Assembly: GCA_013265495.1 (NCBI GenBank)
Contig: MU058384.1
Location: 5,142,792 to 5,206,791, forward strand
Reading direction: 5' to 3'
DNA length: 64,000 nt
From: Vicugna vicugna
Lineage: Eukaryota
The notes below the pieces were generated by a model. It made no database searches and was not told the origin of the DNA. It was given only the letters and a program-made list of their open reading frames with translations. Below, piece by piece: positions 36,926-51,349 of the stretch; the first letter of the stretch is position 1; every line of letters starts with the position of its first letter. The position numbers were made by a program, and so were the translations under genes.

Positions 36926-38727
36926 TGTTAAGCAATTTTAGTAACCAGTATGGCATACACCCTCTTCATGAGTTGTCCTTTATTCTTCCTTATCTTCACC
37001 CTCTTAGGAGCATGGACTTTTTACAAAGTAACAGTGATATTTCTAGCATTTTTTCCCCCTGAATCTCCCAATGAGCAAAGGAGAAATCTGAGGTTTATAG
37101 AGATTAAGTAGCAAGCTCAAGATCATAAAAATGGTGTGGGGGCAGAGGAAGGATTTGAACCCAGGGCTCTCAAACTCCACACTCCACAATCTCTGACCAT
37201 TCCGCACTTGCCTTGGGTTATGCTTCAGAAGTGAAGTCCTTAGGGTTCATGCACCACATTACATTGGGTCTCCCCTCCTTATCTCCTTCTGTTTTGCCTC
37301 TCCCCTCCTCTCTCCTGCCTCACTCCACCCAGCCATGCAACCCAATCCACGCAGCCAGGAACACCTCTAGTACAGCCCTTTCCACACGAACTGAAATGAC
37401 CTGTTTGCATGTCTCACTTCCTGATGGGACAGGAGTTAACGAAGTCCAGGGCAGGTGTTACTCTTCTTTGAAGTCTTGGTTCACAGCACAGTGCCTGGGT
37501 ACAGAAGGTGCTCAAAATGAGTTCTGGGATGGAACAAAGTCCTCCTGGGGCTCTGGGGTATTTGTTGCATGGTGTACAGATGGGGTTGGTTCAGGGTGTG
37601 CAGAATAATCTTTATAATTTTGTGTAGGATTTGGCATATGTTGGCTGGTTTACAAATGCTGAAAAATATGTCTCTTTGAGATCAAGTGATGGTGTCAGGT
37701 CATACCTGGCTCTTAGCTTCTACCTCCTCTCCCCTCTCCTTTCCTCGCTCTCCCTCTCCCCTAGCTGAGTTCCCTTGACTTTGAACAGTTAAGTCTAGGA
37801 GCAGTTCTGAGTGTCAGCAGGAAGAATTTCAGTAGCTTCAGTCTCTAATAATCTGCATCCTCACTCTTGTATTGGTCTGGCCCGACCTCATCTTTATTTC
37901 TAAGACCTAAGCCCTATGCTGATTCCAAATTCTGGCAACGGAACCTCTTAGCTCCCTGTGCCTGAATACCATCTCCCACCGCACTGGTTTTCTGCGTAAG
38001 ACTGCTCCTTCTAGGACTTGGAGCCAGCCCTTCTCTGGTCACTTCTCATCTGGGCCCTGGATCCCACCTTATGGAAGGGCCTGCTGCCTTCTGGCAGACA
38101 TTCTGGATGCCATCTCCCTGCTTCTGTGTCCCTTGGGGTCCCTGGAAGCTCCCCCTGTGCTCACACGTCAGTCCCACTGGTGCATATTTGACCAGATGGT
38201 GTTCTCCTTCACCCCACACTGTCCCATTTCTCAGGGACATCAGCTATAATGTCTTAGATGGACCTTGCCTCATCTGCTCTATCCAAAGTGGGTGAGTTCA
38301 GCGCTAAGGCCTTACTTCTCCCTGGCCATCTCATGCAGACTCAGGCCTCACATCAGCTAAGGGAGCTGTCTGGGTCTGTGCCTGCCCCACGGCTGAGTCC
38401 CACCAGATCTATGCATCTGTGGCCACAGGACTGTTGGGGGCCCTGCCGTGTTGTGCTCAGAACTAAAATAAAGAAAATCAGGGGAAATGGTCACAAGGAT
38501 TTCAATCCTACATGTAACATTTCATTTTTAAGCTGGATGTTGGGTGCTTGGATGTTTCCTGTACAATTTCATAAGTAGGGAATACTTATATACCAAAGGG
38601 AGGGTGGCTGATAGTGAAGGACAATCCGGAGCATGTGCAGGAGAACGCTGACAGGAGGTGGAGCCGCTTCAACCTCCAGGCTCCAACATCAGGGACGGAG
38701 AGCCAGGGATGGAGGACAGGAACAAGG

Positions 38728-38875
38728 ACCTTGTGGAGCAGCGCTTCTCAGACTTTGACATGCTTCCAAATCGTGAAGGACTCCTGTTAAAATGCAGATT
38801 CAGAAGCTGTAGGTCTGGGGTAGGACCTGATTGCACTTTGAGGGTGGAAGGACTTAGAAGAAACTTTGGAAACTG
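38728..38875. mobile_element. MER5A-like hAT-Charlie MITE remnant
   Basis: 'cagcgcttctcagacttt...tgttaaaatgcagattc...gtaggtctggggtaggacctga...tttggaaactgctg'. Confidence 0.65.
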
Positions 38876-39059
38876 CTGGCTGAGGTGCCCCCTCCCCACT
38901 TCCCAGGTCTCCCGAGCAGCTGGAGGTAGCATCAGCTCCTGCTGGAGACAAAGGAAGTGTTCAAACACCGGGAGTAGACGGCCCTCCCCAGGAGGCCTTC
39001 CAGACTGCAAAGAATAACTTTGCTAAATACTTAAAATAATCAACCAATGTGCTTTTTAT

Positions 39060-39949
39060 TTTAAAATATTACTGATCAACCAAGGATCATCAAATATTTG
39101 GTAGAAGAGAAATACCAAGATATGTGACAGAGCAGCTGACCACCAGAGAAACATAAAAGAAAGAAGACAACAAAAACTGAATTAGCATTCTCAGAGAGGT
39201 TTCAGAGGATAGTGGGTTCACACACAAGTAGAGGCTACTATGAAAAAAGAGCAAGCACAGAACATGAAAGAAGCCATGAAAAATTAAACACTGGTTCCCC
39301 AAGTACATTTTAAAAATCAGTAGAATTGAATCACTGATGTGACTGAAAACTCAGTTAGTAATCTGGAAGATAAAGTTAAGAAAATAGCTCAGAATGTAGA
39401 GAATGACAGAGGGGAAAATATCCAAAAGTTGAGATGGAGGATAGATCTAGAAAGCTATTAATATGTAACTAATCCAAGATCAGAGAATCAAGATGAATAA
39501 TCAACCAAATAAAAAAAGATAATTTCCCTAAACTAAAAACAGATTTTCAGATGGAAAATATTCACCATGTGCCAAGAATTGTTCTGTTGAAATTTTGAAA
39601 TTCCTGGTATAAAGCTTGCAGAGAGAATTACCAGGATACTTACAAAAAACTAAAGAGCCAAAATACACATACATAGAAACAAAAAACCCCAGAAGATTGT
39701 CATCCCATTTTGCATTAACAATTTTGATGCTAGAAGACAGTAGAGTAAGAATTCAAAGTTCTCAGGGAAAATTATTTTGAACCTAACTTAAAGCCAGCAA
39801 ACTGTTACTCAAGAATTAAGGCAAAATAAGATACCCAGAGAGTTTCTCCTATTTACTCTTCCTAGAATAACTGGGGATGTAATGCAGGAAAAGGAAAGCT
39901 GAATCCAAGGAACAGAAGAACTGTCTGAGGAATAAAATGAAAAGAAGTT
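39060..39949 (+). mobile_element. Decayed ancient L1/HAL1 ORF1-like segment (host of the younger L1 piece)
   Basis: A-rich sequence with 'gaaaactcagttagtaatctggaagataaagttaagaaaat...gatggaggatagatctagaa' and 'gatgctagaagacagtagagt...ttcaaagttctcagggaaaattattttgaaccta'. Confidence 0.6.
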
Positions 39950-39959
39950 TCAAGTTGTC

Positions 39960-40791
39960 CCAAATAGATGGAAAGATATACTGTGTTCTTGGATTGGAAG
40001 AATCAGTATTATTAAAATGACCATACTACCCAAGGCAATACAGATTCATTGCAATCCCTATCAAATTACCATGGCATTTTTCACCAAACTGGAACAAAAT
40101 TTTTTAAAATTTGTGTGGAAACACAAAAGACCCCAAATAGCCAAAGCAATCTTGAGAAAGAAGAATGGAGCTGGGGAAATCACGTGCCCTGACTTCAGAC
40201 TATAGTACAAAGCTACAGTAATCAAAATGGTATCACACGAAAACAGACACATCGATCAATGGAACAAGATAGAAAGCCCAGAAATAAAAATATGCACTTA
40301 TGGTCAATAAATCTATGACACAAGGGAGGTAAGAATATACAATGGAGAAAAGACAGTCTCTTCAATAAGCAGTGCTGGGAAAACTGGACAGCTACATGTA
40401 AAAGGATGAAATTAGAACATTCTCTAATACCACATATAAAAGTAAACTCAAAGTGGATTAAAGACCTAAATGTAAGACTGGATACTATAAAACTCCTTGA
40501 GGAAAACATAGGCAGAACACTCTTTGACATAAATTGCAGCAATATTTTTTTGGAACCATCTCCTAGAGTAATGGAAATAAAGGCAAAAATAAACAAATGG
40601 GACCTAATTAAACTTAAAAACTTTTGCACAGCAAAGGAAGCCATCAACAAAATGAATATACAACCTATGGAATGGGAGAAAATATTTGCAAATGATATCA
40701 CTGACAAAGGATTAAGTTCCAAAATATACAAACAGCTCCTACATCTTAATATCAAAACCAAACCAACCAAAAACAAAAACAAACAATCTAA
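39960..40791 (+). mobile_element. L1 ORF2 internal fragment (post-RT region), disabled by stops and frameshifts
   Basis: Translates to L1 ORF2-like peptides (MTILPKAI...; ...[21 protein letters not shown]...EWEKIFAN); flanked by direct repeat tcaagttgtc (39950-39959, 40792-40801). Confidence 0.93.
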
Positions 40792-43700
40792 TCAAGTTGT
40801 CAGCTGCTAATCAGGCCTAGAAAGGAATTGGCCCAAACTAGAACAGGGAAGACGGGAGGTAGTGATTGAAGAATACTGATTAAAAAAACAAGCCTATGTT
40901 TAATCATATGGAAGACCTTAGGTATGTAAAAGATACACATGTGGCGATTCTATCCATTAGAATAAAGGAAACAAAAAACTATTCAGAAATCATGATAAGA
41001 TGAAGCAAAGTGAAATGTGACCCAACTTGGAATATTAGAAGGAGTGGAAGTTAAAAAAAATCCATTTTCCCATCATTTTTTGTATGGCTATTTTTGGTAA
41101 CATAAAGTCACATTTCTATCATTAAGGGCCTTACATTACTACTTGATACTGCAATTAATATTTATATATTTTGAATATCTGAATATCTGTTACTGATTTT
41201 CAACTTTCCAAGTCAAACTATTTTGGAAATGTCACTCTATTAACCTTGGAAGATGCCCCCAGTGCCCTGGGCGCTGCCAGTCAGCCCAGCAGGAGGCTCT
41301 AGAGGGGCTGACCCTGGAGAACCCTCCTCCCACCTAACTTGTTCTTTCCTTCCTGCCCGGACAGGGAGGGTGACAGGCCCTTCTGGGATAGCTCACCCGC
41401 CTCAGGCCATCCCCACCGGATGCTTCCCTAAGCTTGAACCCCCACAGTTAAAAGAAATCTCCAAAGCCCGTGGTCCTTCTTTGCTTTGGATTTGTGTTTC
41501 TCCTGGAAATTTCCGGTGTCCTTTTCTGGGGGGTGCCTGAAGCTTCCTGCGACCTCCATCCAGTTGGGTGCATCTGCCTCTAAGATATCCCAGCAGTGAG
41601 CCCCTCACATCAGACTTAGCAGATGAGGACTTCAGGGTGTACTTTTAGGAAGACATTTTGCTCGTGGGTATCTGAAGCAAGCCTTCTGGAATATGTTCTG
41701 GTGTTCCCTTGCCTAACAGTCCCAAGCATTCACGTTGTCAGTCTCTGTTGCCACGCTTGTCAGTGCCCCAGTCAGTGCTGACTCATCCCGGGCTTGTGCA
41801 AACCATCAGCGTCACTATTCTGAGGCTTCTGCCAAACAAATGAGGGGTAGCTCTTCTGGGAAGAGTCATATTTCTGATTGCAGCTGGCCATTTGTCAAGC
41901 ATCGGAATTTGTCTAATCTTGTCTGTCGGCCAGGATATGCCATCTCCATGCTCTGATTAAGCCTTCCCATCCCACACCCCATGGCATGCCTCATCCACAT
42001 TCCTCAGTCCAATCTTATTTCAGGAGATACCGTTATACTCCAGTCTCATATAATTGCCATTCCAGTGTGACTCAACGATTTCCAACAAAGCATTGAAAAA
42101 TACTCCTTGGAATAATAAGGGCTGGTGGAGTCATTGAATCATAACAAGGTGGAGTTGCCAGAGATCTTGAGATCAGCCTGTGTAGCTCCCTCGCACTCCC
42201 ACACAGACAACTGAGGCACAGAGATTAACTGACTTGTCAAAGTTCTAACAGCAAATAGTGCCTCTAAGTGGAACTGGATGTACAGAAATATACAAGTATC
42301 AAAGAGGTAGAGGTATTCTGAGGACAATGGAAATAATTGCAGTCTGCTAAGTATTTTGGAATTCCCTCCCACAGACAGTAAGCAGCTGGGCTCTGTCTCC
42401 ATGCAGGATAAGATATGGGGGTGGGAGGGTTCTTAACAGCAGTTTGAGTTTTTATGTAAAAGAAGTACTAACTTTGAGTATTTCAGTCTCAGAAATAATG
42501 CATGATGGGAAAGGGTGGGAACCCCTTTCTGGAGGACTCTAAGCATGGGTGGTGCCCCGTCCCAGGTGGTTGACCTGCAGGGGTGTGGGTGGGGAGCACT
42601 CTCTGATACTGTGTAATTTATGTGATGGCACCAGCTGTGGACCCCGCTGCACCAGGTGTGGGTTGCGCCCTGTGGGAGCGGATGGCTGCACGGGCATCAA
42701 GTGCTCTCAGCGCAGCATCTCATCAAGGTGTCCGCATAGCAGGTCACAAGGTCTGCCACTGGGAAATGAGCAGCAGGAGTTCATGCATTTCTAAGTAGGA
42801 GAAATCTGATTTTCGTGCAACGTCCTTGAGAAATCAAAGTATGTGAGAATCATCAAGATAGGTTAAAAACTTGAAGATCGCCTTTTTCCCCCCACTCTCT
42901 TCAGAGAGATTTTTGAACTATTTCTCTGATGTTTAAAATTGAGCAACATACATGCTTCTCAAGTCCTTTTTTGCATTCCTCCAGGTATCTTCAGGGAAAT
43001 GAACTCTCCCACTTAACAGTAATAAATCACCAGAAGGCAGTGCTGAGGGGTTATTTATAACTCCTTGGATTCCCATGGCCACTGGCTGGGTCTTGAGCTG
43101 AGTTAGTAGTCTTCGGTCAGACTGAATTCTATCACCAGGGTGGATAGGGCCCTGTTCTTGGTGGAAGAGATATGAAGCGCTTAGGAAGGACTTACTCAAG
43201 CTGTGACCCGACTCTCCTCCCCAGTCCTGCCCTTCCTCTGACAGCCTAAATAAAGGGAGAGAGTTCACCTCTCCGGAACAGTGGTCACAGAGAATGCACT
43301 GCACCCTTTCCTCAGGATGTACTCAGTGCATCCTATTCTTGAGAAAGCTCACTCCCTGAACTTTAAGGTTAGAAATAATTAGACAAGAAAATCCCTTCCC
43401 TTGATTTCTTGTAACTGTCAAAAATGATGAGTAGTAAAAACATTGCCTCAGGCCAGACTTCTCACTCTCCGTGAACCTTTGCACCATATTGTTTATAAAA
43501 AGAATATGACACCCCCTGGCATGATAAGGTGAGCGTTGCTATTTCTGCCTTTTGACTGTTTTTTTTGTGCTTTGTTATCTATGACAAGCACCCAGATGGC
43601 TCCAGGACCCTCAGTAAATGCCGTGATGACTCGGGACTGTTCAACATGCTCTCCCACTTTTTCATCTTTCCTTCATTACAGGAAACACCTCCTTTTGTCT

Positions 43701-44119
43701 TAACCAGCCCATTTCAGAAAAATTATTTAACTCATTTTTTTTGTTTGACAACCAAAGAAAGCTTTGTATATCCTACTTTGATTGCCTTAGAGGTCAACCA
43801 TCCAGAAAACAACATTTCATTTTCAAGCGTTGAAGAATCTTAAGGTGGTCTGGCTCTGCTTTCCTATTTTTTATGATATATATAGAAACGTATGTAAGTA
43901 TCGTCTCCAGGCTTCACACACAGTGCTCTGAAGATGAGTTGCAACACCCTTCCATTCTCCACAGAGTGCGAGCTCCTGGAAGGCAGGGCTCTTGTTTTAC
44001 ATTAGGTACATGTTAGGATTTCTTTTTTCCCCACAGATTCTAGATCAGTGCTTTTGACAGAGTGGAGACTGAATACAAGTTTACTGTACTGAATTTAATA
44101 AAAATAAAAATCACGGTAT

Positions 44120-44745
44120 TGAGATGGGAAGGAAGGAGACAGGGCACAGCCTTTCAAGAAATAACACAGCAATTAACACCAAGGTGGCAGAAAATTCAAC
44201 TCCCAACAGGCCTTGAGGCCCAAGATGGCCAGAGATTTGACTTCTAGGAGACCTTGAGCTTTCTTACATGCTCGCTGTAATATACTTCCATGCTAAATGG
44301 CACTCCCACAGGCGCTATGACAGTTCCCAGGCTGGCCATAAAAGATCAGAAAGCGGCTGGTGGCCCAGTTCCTGAAAGTCCCAGTCCCTTTCCCAAAACA
44401 TGTGAAGTTACTGAGCCCCTGAAAACCAACAGCCCCGCACCTGGTGGCTGCTCTCCCTTCTGAGTAAGACAACCCGCACGCTAGCGACAGAGTGTGTCAC
44501 TACTTTTACTTTAAACTCAGCACCCAACCCTCGCACCAAGTGGCCTTTCTCTTGCCGTCTGAGACAGCCTGCACTCTATGGAGTATGTATCTCTCTATAA
44601 ATCTACCTTTACTCAATTGTGGCTCACTCTTCTGTTCTTTCCTGTGTGAAGCCAATTACCCACATTTGGCAGGGCAGGTCCCAGGGGCTCAACCGCAACC
44701 TGGGACATGGCCATCTTCTCGCCCCACGTTCATTTTCCTGTATCA
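44120..44745 (+). mobile_element. Solo LTR, ERV1-class (MER41-like)
   Basis: TG...CA termini with 4-bp TSD GTAT (44116-44119, 44746-44749); homologous to 54554-55210. Confidence 0.85.
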
Positions 44746-45621
44746 GTATGACTATACGAACGGTCTTGTGTTCTGGAGAAAGAACACACTATCTGTGATG
44801 AGGCTGAATGAAACCAATTTGTAATAATTAAGTTCATCTTTACTGATTTCTGGGCAGGCTTATTTATCTCACAAACAAGAACACAGAGGCCAGGCACCCT
44901 GGCCCCTCAGACGGTACAAGATGCCGGGTGCTTGTTTCTTGGCAGACGGTTGTAGGCCAAGTGGTGGGGAACGGAGCCAGGGCCCTCAGACCACTCAGGC
45001 AGGTGTGGCCTGGCCCAGCCCAGTGTTCAAGTGTAGTGTATTCAGAGAGTTCATTAAATGTGACACCCCTGACCCCCCTTCAAGGGCCTAGGCTCCATTG
45101 TGTGGCTGAAAGGCAGTGGTTGGGCCAGCACTGCCTTAGTTCTCTGAGAATGAATCACAGAATTTCTGTAATGCTCTCCAAAGTGTGTGCCTGGGTTCTG
45201 GAGGAGAAAGAAACACTTTGTACTTGAAAATTTAAGAGAGAGTGTAGGTATTAATAAATCAACCTAATAAGAAAAAAGTCAAATTGGCAGCATGAACTAA
45301 CATTTTTGTGGGAATTTAAAATCAGAAATGCATTGACTCCAGTGCTCCAGACTAAATTAACTAAAGCAATTAAGTCATACCTTATAAAATGGAGCCTTCT
45401 AGTGGGATGACCTGGCTATTCAACAGAAGGTGACCTCGTGGGCCAGAAAAGTCCCTGGGGCCAGAGCTTGGACGTGTCATTCTCAGCTTCGACTTTCAGC
45501 TCCTAAAGCCATTTTCCCCTCTTTCCCCACCCTTTATTTCTGTAATAGTTCTGTTAGCACGGCAAATATAAAGTTCTGAATTCAGTCCATGCCTGCAAAA
45601 CAAAAGTTTTCATCTTATTTC

Positions 45622-46143
45622 TATAGGAGAGAAAAAACTTTTCCTCTGTCTTCATAGGTTTGTGCCTGGGGCCTGTAAATTAAACTAACCAAAGAGTAAC
45701 AAGAAAAAAGGCATAACAATTATATTTTTAATTTATTGTGTATGGGGACTCCAGAGAAAAGAAATAAAACCCCCCAAAGTAGCTATATTTGGGGAGAGGG
45801 GCTTATATACCATTTTAACAAAGGGCAATAAATTACAGAGAAGTGATCAAGTGAAGGAAAAGGGTTAGGGCTTTCTAGGGATGGTAAGTTGTGGTCAGGT
45901 AAACACATGGGGGAAACCAGTGATGGATAAGGGTACTTGTTTACTCAGACTCATCTGCGTGCTGCTTCCACCTCAAGTGATAAAGGAGGTCCTCTTCCTG
46001 GTGTGGGAGAGGGCAGGGGCCCCTCACAAGGGGAATTTATGCCCTGCTTTTTGATAGGTATTTTGTTTTCTGTTCAAAATACTAATTATGCCAAAATGGT
46101 ATATTTGAGGGTGGCATATACTGATATATACTGATCCCCTTAG
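45622..46143 (-). mobile_element. Solo LTR, ERV1-class (MER34/MER39-like)
   Basis: Ends 'tataggagagaaaaaacttttcctct' and 'ttcaaaatactaattatgccaaaatggtatatttgagggtggcatat...ctgatcccct'; tttc on both flanks. Confidence 0.65.
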
Positions 46144-46640
46144 TTTCATGTATTTCCCACCTCTTAAAGAAAAAAATGCCCATGATGGTCTAAGTGAAGA
46201 AATATTTGGATGTTATGCTTGGATGAGAATGCTCTGGGAAACATGCTCGGGTGGAGGGCAAGTAATGTGGATGCTGCGAGTAACTGGGATTTTTAAACAT
46301 AGGGTTTTCAAGACCCTTTGTGCTCAGAGAGCAGCATGTGAACCAGGATAAAATGCAGGTGCCAGTACAAATTCTGGGTTCCAGGCTTATTCTAAAACAG
46401 ACATGAAAAAGGTGAGCTCCAGTGGGTAGAATCATCATTCTCAGAAGGTCTGTGAAAAAAAAAAGAGTTGAACTAAACCACAAGGACTTTACCAAGTCTC
46501 ACTTTTATTAGTCTGTTGTGGTAAAGTGGACAGGAAGTCCAGGTCATAAGTGTGGACTGGAAGTGGGCATTTTTCATATTTTTCTCAAGCTTTAGTGTCT
46601 GAAAGGAATCTTTTCAGTAATAACTTAGAACAGAAGTTTC

Positions 46641-46788
46641 TATTTTTATTTTTGCTTTTGTTTTTTGGGAGGAGAGGGAGGTAATTAGGTTTATGTATTT
46701 CATTACTTTCAGAGGCAGTACTGGGGATTGAGCCCAGGACCTTGTGTATGCTAAGCATATGCTCTACCACTTGAGTTATACCCTCCCC
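46641..46788 (-). mobile_element. tRNA-derived SINE (vic-1-like)
   Basis: 'gtactggggattgagcccaggaccttgtgtatgctaagcatatgctctaccacttgagttataccctcccc' with T-rich tail. Confidence 0.9.
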
Positions 46789-49612
46789 TCAAGAGTTATG
46801 TTTTTAATGTGTGATACTTTCAATACTCGATGGGAATGTGTTGAACCCCCTGTTTATTTTTAGGATCATACAGCGGAACAGAAAAAGGAGAGCAGATTCT
46901 GAGTCCATTGCTTCCCAGAGCTTCTCAGTGAGGGAGAATGAAAAAAAGATGACTAAGGAATAGAAATAACATTAATAAAACAAGCTCATGTAAATCAATA
47001 AAATATAATGCAAGATGGAAATTATCACAAGGCGGTATTTTCCTCCTGAGAAACTGTCAGGAAGGTCTGGAAAAGCATAGAGTTTAGCTGATGGGTGGGA
47101 CACTGGAATGTTAGAAAAGGAAATGAATTTACAAGCCTGGGGACAGTTTGAGTAAAACATTATTGTGATCATGTTACCCTTTTCTAGAGGATGATTCCAT
47201 TCTTCAGAAATTGGTGAGTTTTGTGGCTTTTGCAAAAGAGGATTGCTTCTAAACAGACACCTCATCTATTTCTTTGCCTAGCCAGAGGTAACTGTGAGTG
47301 AATTGTGTCCAGTGCGAGTTTCCTTAAAGAAGCCGGGCCCTCTGAGGGAGGATAACTAAGGCAATGCATTCTGGTCCGCGGCGTCTCTCTTTAATTTGGG
47401 GACACTCACTGTCTTCTGGGGAGGTATTTGGTTCACGATGAATTTCACAGCCTCATTTCATGTCCTCCAGGAATTTCTGATCCCCTGTTAACCTTTGCTT
47501 TGCCTGTTAGATATTTATTTTATAGTATCCCCACTTGGATATTTATTCTTGACCAGATTTTTTTAACTGAATGTAGATTTCCTGAATTAAATAATCATGA
47601 CCCTGGAAGCATATGTTTTGTAAGGAAAACTTCCTTGCTTTGAACAACTCCTCTAGTCTTTTATAGCCTGAGTGTGCGAACAGTTACATTTCTCTAGCAG
47701 GGTTTACTTTAAAAATGTTAGCATGTGATTTTAAAATGCAAATGTGTCTATACCTACTAGCCGGTACTGAAGCTGTGAAATGATGTCCATATTGGAACTG
47801 GCCAGATTCAAGGGCAAACCACGCCTCAATCCTATTCAACCTTATACAGTCGATTCCCACTTGGCTCTTTCTGATTATGGTGGATGGAAAATACCAACGC
47901 TGAGAGGCTCCCTGCAGACCTGTGGCTGGCTGGGAGGGGGTTCATTTATCATGCTGAGGGGATTGGCAAGTGGCTTTAAACTAAGGGGAAGAGACTCCAG
48001 AGGTGGACTAGTTCTCCACAATCCCAAATCCTCATTGGGAATAACATCAATGAACTGCGTCTCACAACTGCCGTGGGAGGGCAGGGCATGGGATGGGGGT
48101 GGGGGCATCGGGACCACAGCGCTCACCTTTGTTTGCTTTCAGAGCCTCAATGTATTGGGACAAAATTGTCCGTTTTCCCATCCTGGTGACATCTGTCCAC
48201 TAAAGTTGAGGAGGCAGGGATTGCTTCTCTGACAAACATCATTAAACCCTCTCTATAGAATCAGACAGGGGTCTGCCATGTTAACTGCCTTGGTGTGTGT
48301 GATGCCTGTGTGGCCTCCTCAACCGGGAGTGGGGATGTGAACACCTTGTTCTTTTTTACATTTTATTTTGGTTACAGAGTAATTTTATTTGTGTGCCAGT
48401 CTCTGGAATTTTTTTTTTTAAATATCTGCATCATCAAACATTCTCCACCCCCTCCAACTCCCCCGCCCTTAGTTATTTCTCAGATATGGTCGGAACAGCC
48501 TGTGCTCAGAGCTCAAATCATGGGGCTACCCGGTGATCTGTGCACGCATTTCTGTCACTGAGTATTGCTAAGTAAGATGAAGTGTTAAGATTACGGGGAT
48601 TTGTATTAGGTTACAGATTCTTGAGACATCATGTGAGGTGGCGTGACAACGAATGTTCCCTGGTACATTTTTCTGCAACCTGTGCAGTTTTCAAGGAAAC
48701 AGCTGAGTGGTTTTGTTCTGGTTGAGTGGCAGGGAATGGGGATAGATAAGGAGACACATCTTATCCCCAGATTGTGCCAACGAGGAGGAACAGAGAAAAA
48801 GAAAAGTGCAGCCTGGCTAGTTGCCCTTGGCATTAACCTTGTGTTTGAGCTGTTGTACTCTGAGGTCCCCTTCTGCTATGGCAGGATGCTGGGGAAATAT
48901 GGGCTTCTTTTGAGCTGGCTGTTTTCCTGCACAGGGCTGCTCTGTATTGGGAAGAGTTGATGCTTTTCATTTCTCTGCTGCCTTGAGGGCCCTGGGGTGG
49001 GAGAGCCCTGAGGTGGGAGTGTCTTGGGGTGGAGACCTGGGTGGGAATTGCACCCATTTGTAGCCTTTCCCCACAGGAATCCTGGCGGACCTCAGGGAAG
49101 AGAAGTGAGTGAGATCTGGTGGTATCTGTTTGTATACCCTGATCTAATCATCACGGATCCTGACCATTTGGTTTATGACTCATGGTCTCTGTCAACCTGT
49201 GGACAATGTGAGGTTCATCAGGCTGAAGATGGCTTTGTTATGAATGTTTCTTGACCAGTGGAGGAAGTACACACTGAGGACGACAGTGCTCCTTAAGTAA
49301 TGAAAAAAAAAATCCCTCTCTAATCATGAATTATTCTTTACATCTGAATCAGAATTCACAAACCCAATTAACATGGTTAGATTTATGTACTAGTTATAGG
49401 AGTTGGATGGAGTGAGAAGAGTCCTGGCTCTGAGGGTAAGAAGAGGTGGCTCTGCTGTATAGTTCAGCCCAGGGTCTGGTGCAGCTGCCACATGGCCTGA
49501 TTAATTGTCGAAGACTAGAAGACCCTGCCCTGGATGTCCCCACAGGGGTGGAGCAGGTACTGAAGGCCTAGATGCCTAGCAGAGCTGGGGTAGGAAATGA
49601 GAACACAATTGT

Positions 49613-49629
49613 TGGCCACTAGGGGGCAG
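49613..49629 (+). promoter_or_regulatory. Strong CTCF motif
   Basis: TGGCCACTAGGGGGCAG, essentially the consensus. Confidence 0.7.
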
Positions 49630-51349
49630 TCACTGCAAACAGCTGGAAGCCAAAGGGCGCCTGTCCTACCAGGGGCAGACATCACCATGGCAAATACAGA
49701 GCAGCAGAGGTTACCAAACTCTGGCAAGCAGAGCTGGTCTCAGGAAACGTGGCTGTAAACAGAAGGGCTCTGCTGGACTTCAGGGCTGGGCTCTGATTCC
49801 CAGAAGGGAGACAGGAAAATGCAAGCCAGAACCCTAATGCTAGACAGTAACACCAGCACCAGGAAGGTTAACCAGAGGAGGAGCTGTCACTAGTGAGGCA
49901 TTAGGGACTTGGTTGTGAGAACTGAGGCAGAAGGTCGGGGTTAAGCCAGCTTCCACGTTGGCTTGAGCCTGGTGCTTTCTTGACCCCTTCTTTCCCAGCC
50001 CAGAGGATGCTCAGCCCAGTGGAGCTGAACCTGTGTGTGAAGTTCAAGTGGATGGTGTGTGTGTGGAAGAAGGAAAGGAAGTGGACCGAGAAACAGACGC
50101 AGATGCTGGGACCAAGCCCAAACCTGATCGTTCTCGGTCTAGCAGAGCTGATGTGAGTTCTGCCAAACCCCTTTCTCCCTCAGCCTCCAACTGGTTCACT
50201 TAAGTAACTCCTACCTTTTCTACTTTTCTTTTAAAACTCATTGCAATCATCCTTTCTAGGGGATTGAAGCCTTTTCTGTATCCCTGGCTGGGTGACATCC
50301 TCCTTCAAAGTTGCTCAGAGAACTTAGCTGAGTTAGAATTTTACATAATTTTGCCTGATTATTTAATTACTTCGGGTCTTTCCCCCCAGAAAGTAAGTTT
50401 CACGAGGACAGAGAGCGTGTCAGTCCTGTTGGCTGCTGTGTGTCTAGAACCTACACAAGTTCTTGGTGTATTTCAGGTGTTTAATAATTATTTGTGGACT
50501 GAATGAATATCTTGAGGGAAAAGGGACTTATTTTTGTGGGTGAAAGGAGGGTGAATGTTGGCATTTGGTACTGCAGAAAGCTTATGAGAATATATCAATC
50601 TGCAAACACATTTCAAAGACCACCAACACATTTGGGGAGACCAGATGGGAGGGAGTTATAAAGCCTCTGAATGCTGACAATTAAGTCCTTATACAGTAGG
50701 TCCAGGTTTAACATAAAAATAAGCAAAAGTGAAGATGAGTAGGTTCTTTAAGGAAATTCAAGTTCACTTCGGAGCAACTAGATGACAACAAACTTCAATT
50801 TTTCCTTCTCCCTACCCACTGCATGCTGGATCCTGTCCAGACATATCTATACAGATAAATAATATAAAAATAGACATTGAATACATTCTTTAAGGAGGCC
50901 ATATGACATGCTTGTAACTAGAACACTGGCTGTGGAAGTGGGGTTCCACATTCATCAAATCCCTCATTTGGTTTTGATGAATGTTAGAGTTCTTTGGTTT
51001 CTAGTAATAGAATCTACTATTGGCTATGGTGTGAGTCACATAATCAAAGGGAAGGCTGGGAGACCAGGCTTGGGAATTAATAAAAACTGGAACATCTCTA
51101 TATATCCCAAACTACTACTCAGTCTTACCTGGTTAGGGCTGTATTTTTTAACCCTCTTCCAATTACATTCTATTTATCATGTTGCTTGGGTTTCAAATTC
51201 TAGAAGAGAGCAGCTTCTTGGGTTGTTTCCAGCCCAGAGCATCTTAATCAGTACTTCTACCAGACATCGTCCAATAGGCAGAGGTAATTTCTTAAAAATA
51301 ACTGAAGTCTTATTACCCAAGGAAGGAGGTGAGAATTCAGGGCACCTTG

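Noticed and set aside
40017..40810. ORFs 40017..40205, 40406..40810 and antisense 40222..40782 as genes
   Set aside because: Broken L1 ORF2 remnant with premature stops and frameshifts; the antisense ORF is a typical L1 artefact.
47780..48232. 150-aa ORF
   Set aside because: No recognisable domain or exon structure; length is compatible with chance in a 64-kb six-frame scan.
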